Assembly (NCBI GenBank): GCA_000025185.1
Contig: CP001848.1
Span: 1,410,001 to 1,442,000, forward strand
Direction of reading: 5' to 3'
Source: Pirellula staleyi DSM 6068
GTDB taxonomy: Bacteria > Planctomycetota > Planctomycetia > Pirellulales > Pirellulaceae
DNA length: 32,000 nucleotides
Shown one piece after another: positions 1-8,200 of this stretch. Within the stretch, counting starts at the first letter, position 1, and each line of letters starts with the position of its first letter. The position numbers were made by a program, and so were the translations under genes. Under the pieces are notes generated by a model that saw only the letters and a program-made list of their open reading frames with translations, was not told the DNA's origin and did not search any database.

Positions 1-67
1 CAACGATCCTCACGCTTTTTGCCGTTGAACTTGCTTCCCAGCGTCTACCTTCGTTAAGTACAGCCCC

Positions 68-1780
68 ATGTCCCAGCCAGCTTCGCCGGCGACTGAAATT
101 CCGGTGGAGCTGTTTCGCCAGATTCTGATTTGGCCGTTGCTGATTCATGCCCCTCATGGCGAATCAGCAATGGAATTAATGGATCTTGTAACGGACGAGC
201 TAGAGCGTCACTCGTGGCATTGGAATGATCGATCCGCAGGCCAAAGTGCTTCGCCGCTGAAGGGGCTTCCTTGGTATCAGGACGATCATGACTATTCGGA
301 GATCGTTTACTTCCACTCCTACGTGCGCGACTTTCTCTATGGAGGCGATGGAACACCGGCTAGCGAGCGACCACTTCGCGTCCTTCGTCGTACCGACATT
401 GCTTCACTCCTGTTAAAGGTTGATGAAGGTCGCGAATATCGGCTGAAGGTCGAACGTGTCGAAGCCTATCTGTTCGATTCAGGCATTCTGCAAGTCGTGG
501 TAGAAGTTGCCGCCCCGCAATTGGTATCCAAGTCGCCGACCGATAGTGAGCAGTTGCGGCCATTCATGCTCAGCGATGCACTCGATCTACAGAATGTGCT
601 GCGCATGGCTTTTCCGCGCCGCTGGAAGCCGAAAACTGGCATACCTTCGGAAACTCCACACCGAGCTTGTTGGCTCAACTCCGAGGGAAGTGAAATCGCC
701 GGGAGTGTTCAGGACTTTCTTAACCAGGAAGACTTTACTCGGATCGTGCGCGAGCAGGCCGAACTGCCGGCCGCCAAACACTGGCAGTATCTCGTCCAAC
801 CCCTGCCACTCTTTGAGCGACGGGTTTGCACTGGATTGTCGGTCAAGCAAATTGAAGACCAGCGTTTACCTTCGATGTCGTACATCGCTGTCCCTGATCC
901 GCGTTTGATTTCCGACGGCGACTTTGAGCGAATCGCCTTCTTCGACAGCGCCGGTCAGTCTTCGGTAGGTTCCTATTCCGATGAATTTCTAGTCGGTTGG
1001 GAAAAGGATCATGCTTACGACCGCTTTTGGCAACGACTCCCCAGCGAAGGCGGTCCTGAAGTTGCCCTGCATAACCAAATGATGCGAACTCGTTGGCTCT
1101 GCAGCGGCTATGGTTTTGCGGTGGTGGGTGCCAGCGGCGACAAGTTCTTCACTACTCAGATTGCAGCCAACTTTCGCCATCACTATTTTCGCATGGGGCT
1201 GATCGCCCATTTTCATCGTGCCAAGCTAATCTCACTTCGTGACCAACTTGCTGAAGCGACAAAACAGGTAGGTGAGAACTTCCGCAATCGCGTGATGGAG
1301 ATCCAGCGAAGCGCTACCATCTTTCGCGCCCGATTCTGGTTTCATGAGGTATCCACACAGCTTCAAGGTCGTGAGATTTTCACGTGGTGGTCCAATCGAC
1401 TCGGCAATCCATCGCTATTTGAGCATGTGATTTCCGACATCGAAGCTGCTGAGTCGCAAGTTCGAACCGAATTTGAAGCAGAAGAATCTCAAGACATTAA
1501 CCTCATCACACGCGTGGGTGGTGCGATTGGTATTCTGAGTATTGTACTCTCAATTGTAGCGCTAATCATTTCGCTGCTTGCACTGGAAGCCATTTCGCCA
1601 CTTAAGCAGTTTGCGATCATGCCAGCCAATCCATGGGACTGGACAGTTGCCAACCTCTGGCTTGGCCGTATCGCCTCGATCGCGTGCCCCCTATCAATTG
1701 TGAGCCTTTGGATTCTATTGGTCGTCTATGGTGGGCTTCGATATTACAAGAGCCATCGTCGTACTCGACGCTTGAGGTAG
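68..1780 (+). CDS. Membrane protein with CorA-like topology (large soluble N-terminal region, two C-terminal TM helices); candidate effector of the adjacent Cas10-like/RAMP module
   Basis: 570-aa ORF from ATG 68. It lies on the same strand as the next gene with a 29-nt gap. C-terminal hydrophobic helices GGAIGILSIVLSIVALIISLLAL and IASIACPLSIVSLWILLVVYGGL are followed by the basic tail KSHRRTRRLR. No GMN motif was seen. The functional label is inferred from topology and gene context only. Confidence 0.7.
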   Translation: MSQPASPATEIPVELFRQILIWPLLIHAPHGESAMELMDLVTDELERHSWHWNDRSAGQSASPLKGLPWYQDDHDYSEIVYFHSYVRDFLYGGDGTPASERPLRVLRRTDIASLLLKVDEGREYRLKVERVEAYLFDSGILQVVVEVAAPQLVSKSPTDSEQLRPFMLSDALDLQNVLRMAFPRRWKPKTGIPSETPHRACWLNSEGSEIAGSVQDFLNQEDFTRIVREQAELPAAKHWQYLVQPLPLFERRVCTGLSVKQIEDQRLPSMSYIAVPDPRLISDGDFERIAFFDSAGQSSVGSYSDEFLVGWEKDHAYDRFWQRLPSEGGPEVALHNQMMRTRWLCSGYGFAVVGASGDKFFTTQIAANFRHHYFRMGLIAHFHRAKLISLRDQLAEATKQVGENFRNRVMEIQRSATIFRARFWFHEVSTQLQGREIFTWWSNRLGNPSLFEHVISDIEAAESQVRTEFEAEESQDINLITRVGGAIGILSIVLSIVALIISLLALEAISPLKQFAIMPANPWDWTVANLWLGRIASIACPLSIVSLWILLVVYGGLRYYKSHRRTRRLR

Positions 1781-1809
1781 TTTCACCCTCCATCAAACAC
1801 ATTTACTGA

Positions 1810-3309
1810 ATGACGGTGTTTGTGATGCCAAGCTTTCTGCTAAGACTAGAAGCCGTCAACTTCAGCGAGTCCTGCTACGACACTTGCGACATTAGCACAA
1901 TTCGCGGCGGCTCGATGATGTTGTCGAATGCTCATGAGCTAGCTCGCGTCGTTCTGCCGCAGGAAATCCAGCACGAGCCGACAAGTTTCGGGGCTTCTCA
2001 TGCGATTTGGCAGTTCGAAGCTGCTGATGCAAATGCTGCAGAGAAAGTGCGCAACGATACTCTCCACGCACTAGCAAAACACAAACAGCTCCGACATGCG
2101 ACATTTGTTTGTGCGGTTGTCGCTAACGACGATGGTAGTGCCGATGCTTTACATCGATTGCGCATGCACAACCATTGGCGTCAGTATCAAGAGCCAACCG
2201 TTGTCCCTCCCGATCTACCCGATGCAAAAAGGCAAGGCAAGCGAATTTGCGAACTTGACCATGTACGTCCCGCCACGATGGAGATTCGAAAGGGAAACGA
2301 TAGCTATTGGGTCAGTACTAGCACGTACGATCGGCGTGTTTATGGCCGGAAGCAAAAGCGGATGTTCTACAAAGAACTCTGTGGGAGCGATCTCGCGGTT
2401 GTCCACGATTTGAGCGACCTCACGTCGCATCTTGAGTCGTCGCAGCATCGCCTCCATGGCAAGATGGCATTGATCTATATCGACGGGAATCAGCAGAGTG
2501 AGATGGCTGCTGATCTCAGCCTTGACCGGTTAAGCAAGTTTCGCCAATACGTTCGTGAGCAACATCGCCGGTTTCTTACTACCTTGCTTGAAGAGATTGT
2601 GCAGTTGATGCCCGCTCAGGGAAGCTCAAATGAATGGTTTCACTGGGACTCTGAGCAAAATGAACTTCAGGTTCGATTGGAAACGCTCCTTTGGGGCGGC
2701 GATGATATCGTCTTGGTAGTTCCCGCTTGGAAGGGATGGTATGTCGCGAGGAAATTCTACGAAGCAGCGCAAGGTTGGGAGTTTGGCGGCCAGAAGTTCA
2801 CTCATGCAACGGGATTAATCTACTGCAGCCACAAAGCACCCATCCAAGATATGCGGCGATATGCAGAAGACCTTGTTGTGCAGTGCAAGAAGACCAAGAA
2901 CAGCGAAGGCAACTATCAAGACTTAATGGGTTATGAGGTGCTGGAATCCATCGACGTAATTTCCAGTGACCTCGACCGTTGGCGGTCGGCCAGACTGGGA
3001 GAGTCAGAGAAGTCCGGGGCCGAAGCAATCGCCAGTGCATTGTTATTGAGCCCCGCTCAGATGGACGGCATAGAATCGATGATCCGGTCGATTCGAGTTG
3101 GCGTTGACGATCCTGACTCAATTCTGTCGCGTCGGCAAATCGAGAGGCGGGCGAGGAGAATGCAACACTCCATGATTGGCGATGAGCAATTTGATAGTGA
3201 CGTTACCAACTATTTTGCCGGTTCAGAGTTTGAGAAGATTGGTTTAGGCCCGCATTCACTGCGTGCCAAACTGTTCCACCTCACCGCAATGTGGGACTAC
3301 CTTACATGA
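1810..3309 (+). CDS. Minimal Cas10-like palm-domain nucleotide cyclase/polymerase (mCpol-like), GGDD intact, no HD domain
   Basis: 499-aa ORF. Motifs appear in Cas10 order. ISTIRGGSMMLSNA resembles the LRGRSxxL / LWAGSYLLS motif. KMALIYIDGNQQSEM is a candidate first metal-binding Asp strand. LLWGGDDIVLVVPAWKG carries GGDD at nt 2695-2706. THATGLIYCSHKAPIQDMRRYAEDLVVQCK resembles the Cas10 SaGi..h.k.P.......A...l..aK segment. The stop overlaps the next gene's start (ATGA at 3306-3309). Confidence 0.75.
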   Translation: MTVFVMPSFLLRLEAVNFSESCYDTCDISTIRGGSMMLSNAHELARVVLPQEIQHEPTSFGASHAIWQFEAADANAAEKVRNDTLHALAKHKQLRHATFVCAVVANDDGSADALHRLRMHNHWRQYQEPTVVPPDLPDAKRQGKRICELDHVRPATMEIRKGNDSYWVSTSTYDRRVYGRKQKRMFYKELCGSDLAVVHDLSDLTSHLESSQHRLHGKMALIYIDGNQQSEMAADLSLDRLSKFRQYVREQHRRFLTTLLEEIVQLMPAQGSSNEWFHWDSEQNELQVRLETLLWGGDDIVLVVPAWKGWYVARKFYEAAQGWEFGGQKFTHATGLIYCSHKAPIQDMRRYAEDLVVQCKKTKNSEGNYQDLMGYEVLESIDVISSDLDRWRSARLGESEKSGAEAIASALLLSPAQMDGIESMIRSIRVGVDDPDSILSRRQIERRARRMQHSMIGDEQFDSDVTNYFAGSEFEKIGLGPHSLRAKLFHLTAMWDYLT

Positions 3310-5291
3310 TTCATGTCGAATTGGAGATCAAGCTCACCCTGGTTGGCCCAGTGTTGACACAGGCAACCTCGGCAGGTCGACTTGGCCTCGATGCTGTGAT
3401 GGCACGCACTTCAGCAGGACATCCGTTCTTGCCCTACTCCCTAGTTCGTGGAAAGTTGCGTCAAGCTCTCGAAGAGGTTTCAAGCCCTCTTCAGAGCGAA
3501 GACCAAAGGAACGTTGAGCAGCTGTTGCCGATCTGGTTTGGTCCGAGATCTTCCTCAAAAGAAGCGGAGCAGGAGAGAGGTGCCTTATGCTTCTCTGATT
3601 TTATCTGCCCTGAGCCCAAAGATGATCTCGCTACACAGACGCGAATTCGTATCGATCGCGATACAGGTGCAGCAGAAGACAAGATGATGATGGTGTTCGA
3701 CTCACCATTTAAAGTTGGCGAAGAGGCTCCGTTTATAGGGAGAATTTGGTGCATTTGCGGGTCAGTGGGGCAGGCAGAATCCACGATCAAGTATGTGCTA
3801 GCTGGTCTCCGCTGGGTTCGTCAATTCGGAGCTGAAAAGACCATTGGTTTTGGATGCGTTTCGAATGTAGATCTACTTAAGGCAACCGTTACGGACCTTG
3901 CTCCACACTCGCAAGCAACCAGAAACACCATCACCCAAAAACTAAGCAACTTGCTAGCTAAGACGGGTTCGAAAGTAATCCACAGAAGCCGCAAACCGAA
4001 CGCTCCAGAAGATGGAGGTCACGGGACTCGCTTTCTGCTTCGAATTCAGCCGCAAGGCCCCATTTGTATTGGAGGACGACGTCGCAACGCCAATGTGTTT
4101 GAGTCAGAGGAGGTGATTCCAGGAGGTGTTCTGGTAGGAACGCTCGCCACGATGTGGCGGCAGGCAAACAACAAGCCTCCATCAGATTTTGTTGTCCAGC
4201 CTAGCGGTGGAAAATGGGATACTCTTGCAGAGCACTTTGAGAGGCTGGTGTTTTCTCATGCATTTCCGAGCAAGAGAGGATCGGGAATCAGGCCCTGTGC
4301 AATTCCTATGTCGCTAGTGTCAGCTGAACCACGCCATGGTGACATACCAGATTCACTTTTCGACGTTGCGCTCTGTAGTCGCCCGCGTCTGATTCCTGCT
4401 ATCGGCAGCAACCTGTTACGCCCACCCGTCTTTCAGTCCGATTGGAAGTCGCATGTTGTTGGTTCGAAAGCGAAAGCGATCTTTGGCTGGTCAAGTGTGC
4501 CAAGAGAGCTTCGTGTCAGAACGGCAATCGATATCGAAACTTTGCGTGCTTCCGATGAACAGCTTTTCGCCTATGAGATGGTGGTGCCTGACCAACATGA
4601 ATGGCTGGGCTATTTAGATCTGGAAAATGTCCCGCCTCAGGACCGAGCTATGTTGCTTGAGGAACTTGAATCGTTATTATCGGCCGGTCTTTGCCCAATT
4701 GGCAAGACAAAGATCGATGCCAGCATAAGCATCGAGCCCTATACTGCCGCCACGCCGATGTTGCCGTCGAGTTCCACACCGCTTCCCGGGAATGTTTGGG
4801 TGATTACGCTCCAGACACCAGCAATTCTGTGTGCGTCGACGGATTTAGAAGATCCGACAGGCGAGCAGTTGTTCGATGGCTACAGGAAAGCTTGGAAGAC
4901 ACTTTCGGATGAAAGTCTCGAACTTCAACGATTCTTTGCACGCCAATCTCTATCAGCACCTAGATTCGCCGGTCGATTGCCAACAAATTCCAGCGGACAG
5001 TTCTATCCCTTCGTCGTTACCGATGCTGGAAGCACCTTTGTATTGCGTGCAACAGGCGACGTTAGAGATGCACAACTCAAAGTCAAAGAATGGCTTAATC
5101 TGGGGATGCCTCTTTGCGACTATCTGTTGGGTGGCAGCCAAGCTGACAAAGCTGACAGAGATTGGCAGCGATCCCCCTATCTAAATCGCCATGGATATGG
5201 CGAAGTTGCCGTTAATCAACCCTGGTTGTTAGGTCACGATTCCAGCGTGGTGATGCCACAGCGTCTAGACGATGAGGAAGGTACGATATGA
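3306..5291 (+). CDS. RAMP-superfamily fusion protein (N-terminal Cas7-like unit plus a second RAMP unit, possibly Cas5/Csm4-Cmr3-like)
   Basis: The ORF track gives 3291-5291 with a GTG start. ATG 3306 forms an ATGA overlap with the upstream stop, so it is preferred. Unit 1 motifs are PFLPYSLVRGKLRQALEE, LPIWFGP, RIRIDRDTGAAEDKMM and the glycine loop FGAEKTIGFGCV. Unit 2 motifs are FLLRIQPQGPICIGG, VIPGGVLVGTLATMW and GLCPIGKTKIDA. The stop overlaps the next start (ATGA at 5288-5291). Confidence 0.7.
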   Translation: MIHVELEIKLTLVGPVLTQATSAGRLGLDAVMARTSAGHPFLPYSLVRGKLRQALEEVSSPLQSEDQRNVEQLLPIWFGPRSSSKEAEQERGALCFSDFICPEPKDDLATQTRIRIDRDTGAAEDKMMMVFDSPFKVGEEAPFIGRIWCICGSVGQAESTIKYVLAGLRWVRQFGAEKTIGFGCVSNVDLLKATVTDLAPHSQATRNTITQKLSNLLAKTGSKVIHRSRKPNAPEDGGHGTRFLLRIQPQGPICIGGRRRNANVFESEEVIPGGVLVGTLATMWRQANNKPPSDFVVQPSGGKWDTLAEHFERLVFSHAFPSKRGSGIRPCAIPMSLVSAEPRHGDIPDSLFDVALCSRPRLIPAIGSNLLRPPVFQSDWKSHVVGSKAKAIFGWSSVPRELRVRTAIDIETLRASDEQLFAYEMVVPDQHEWLGYLDLENVPPQDRAMLLEELESLLSAGLCPIGKTKIDASISIEPYTAATPMLPSSSTPLPGNVWVITLQTPAILCASTDLEDPTGEQLFDGYRKAWKTLSDESLELQRFFARQSLSAPRFAGRLPTNSSGQFYPFVVTDAGSTFVLRATGDVRDAQLKVKEWLNLGMPLCDYLLGGSQADKADRDWQRSPYLNRHGYGEVAVNQPWLLGHDSSVVMPQRLDDEEGTI

Positions 5292-8200
5292 CCACTCAAA
5301 TAGCGACTCGGTATCAGCTGAAGTCACGCTGGAAGATCACCGGAACCCTAACCACAACTAGTCCGATGCATATCGGGAGTGGTGATTCGACCACCCATCC
5401 GCAGCTTGTAAACGAAGCTTCTGAAACCGATAGCACTATCGCCCACAAATCAATAGAAGTGGCTGCAATTGTTCGTGACTTCCAAGGTAAGCCCATCATT
5501 CCGGGCTCAGCGCTAAAAGGTGTGCTTCGGAGTTGGGCTGAGAAACGGTACACCAACTATCGTCCCCAGATCAGCAAGATCTTTGGAGACCTTGACTGCA
5601 GTACTCCCCAAGCTCGCTCGGGTCGTGCGGTATTCAGAAATGCGATACTGATCCCACCTAAGGACGACTTAATAACTAGATACAAAAACTTTGTCCCCTA
5701 TTGGCGAACTGATAAGTTAGCTGGAATACTCAGTCATGTTTGCATTGATCGCCACAACGGTACTGCGTCCGCCAATAAACTATTCTTCGAGGAGTTCTTG
5801 CCCGAGGGGATTTCCTTTAAGGTTGAGATTTTTGCCGAGCAGCTTGATGAATCGGACGTTCAATTATTGCTAAGCGTTCTAGTTCATGGCGTTTCCGATG
5901 ACAGTGAACCAATACAATTTGGTTCGAACACGGCCAATGGCTGGGGGCAAGTATCGTGGAGCGATGTGTTCGTATCTCGCAATATCGATAACTCACATGT
6001 TGAATTGGATCTAAACACGCTTTCATTTAGACAGCGGTGTAACAATCTAACAATCGATGCGTTGCCGGCGCCACCTCCACCCGATCACATTAAGACTATT
6101 CCACTCTTGTTTCAGTGCCGGGGCCCTTTTCTGGTCAACGACGGGTCGCGAGTGAAGAGGAAGGAAATGAGTGAGGCCGAGAAAGAGCGGCACCGGAACT
6201 TTACCCCTCTGAGACGCGCCGACGGCAGCGTATGGTTGCCAGCGTCGTCGTTTCGAGGAGTTCTGCGTAGCCGAGCAGAATTCATTCTTCGCTCGCTCGA
6301 TCCTAGCGCAACAGGCGATCCCAACAAGCCACTCAGCAAAGACAACCCCATTGAAAAGATCTTCGGCATGACCGGCCACGCCAGCCGTCTGCAAATCGAC
6401 GAGTTTAGTAGTTCAACCACTGACCCTAAGCTGCGGCATCAAGACTTTGTTGCGATTGACCGATTCACCGGAGGTGCTGCAGACACCGCAAAGTTCGACG
6501 CCGAGTATGCTGACCACCCCACCTTTTCGAGCCGACTCCGCCTCAACACCCATGGGCTTTCCGAATCAGATATTGCGATTCTTGCTGCTACGTTGCGGGA
6601 CTTGACGAGAGGAGACCTGCAGTTTGGCTTTGGAGTCGCGAAGGGTTATGGCGAATTAGTGGGCAATTGGACAACTGACGCAGAGGCCTGGGCACGAAAA
6701 CAACTGCAGCATCTTCCAGTCGCAAAACGCTCGGAGATTCCAAATAGCTCAGGCCCTAGCCCCTCGCCTACTAAGGCAAATGTCATCGAGGGCAAACTTA
6801 TATTTCAAAAGATCAGGGGTGAGGACAAGCCCGTACGTCGCCTAGTGTATCGAAACAAAAAAAACGAATGGACAACCCAGGCTCCCACACCGATCGTGTT
6901 CGCCTCACTGCCGCAGTCACTGCAAACCAACACGAGTCCAGAAATAGAAGTCGATTTCGAATGGGCGAGTCCAAACAAGCCCACAAGAGTTCGAGAGCGC
7001 GGCACGCACCTACGAATCGCGGCAAGGCATAATTTTGCTGCAAACCAAGCAAATGACTATTTTGCTCACGCTTACTACTTCCTGCGACACGAAGAAAGAA
7101 GAAACCTAGGTGGGAATGGCAAGCCATCGGCCTGGCCAAATGATTTGGCAGACCGAAATCCCTATGGACATGAGCGTTATCAAGAGGGGTGTTATTCAGG
7201 AACAATAAGTGTTCGATTGACGACGAAGACGCCTCTCCTACTGTGCGACGATCTCACTCGCCGTGAAACGCAACCTGGGCACTATGAGTACGATATGAGG
7301 GGCGATGATGAAGGGAACCCGATTCTTCACTCATCGTCAGTTCGAGGAATGCTACGCAGTGCCTATGAGGCAATCACGAACTCCCGAATGGGGGTGTTTA
7401 CAGGACACGATGACCGACTTGGGTTGCGAATGCAGACCCAAGAGGGGCTCGCACTAGTACCCTGTCGGATCGAGAGCGGAAAAGTTGTCCTCCTTCCAGG
7501 TACGTCCCAGATTACTGTTTCTAGGCCGAGTGGTCCAATGTATGCCGCGTGGCTACCGGCATATCCTGAAACGGGAGCATTAAGGCTCAGCAATACAGGG
7601 AATCTACCCCAACACCGTCAACACGTGAGCTGTTGGATTGAGCTTTGGGAGCGAACTCCATGGGTGGAAGTTCGCAACGATATAAACCATGGTCGGTTTG
7701 CTGAAGATAAAAAGTTTAGCTATTGGAAGGTTGTGGCGATCGCACCGCACGGACAACATCTCAGCAAACCCTCTAGCTCAAGCGAATGCCCTCGAATTGA
7801 TGGCACAAATCATCACACTCCTAAAGGCGAACCGATTCGTTTTATTGAGAATGGCTATGTCTGCTCTACCAACTACAACTTTGATAAGAAACATGACGAA
7901 AGAGTCTTCTTTGTTGACAATAGTAGTGAGTTAACACCGATTCCCCTATCAGAATCGCTTGTTCAGCAGTGGGGGAACCTAATTCGTAATTATCGACTGA
8001 ACGAAGATCTAGCTAAGGATAAAAAACGGCCTGGGGCCCTCACGAAGGCTGGTTGGTCTCGGCATATGAAAGATGATCGAGAGCTTACCTTAGCCGATGG
8101 CAGCTTGGCCTACGCGCGACTCGATGCGAAAGGTAGTGTCATCGAGCTCTTCCCGGTGATGATTGCGCGAAAACTGTATCCACGCAGCCCTTGGTGTTCG

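Noticed and set aside
1810-2100. Search for an HD nuclease motif at the N-terminus of the Cas10-like protein
   Set aside because: No H...HD...D arrangement was seen. The N-terminus goes straight into the palm-type IRGGSMML motif, so no HD domain is claimed.
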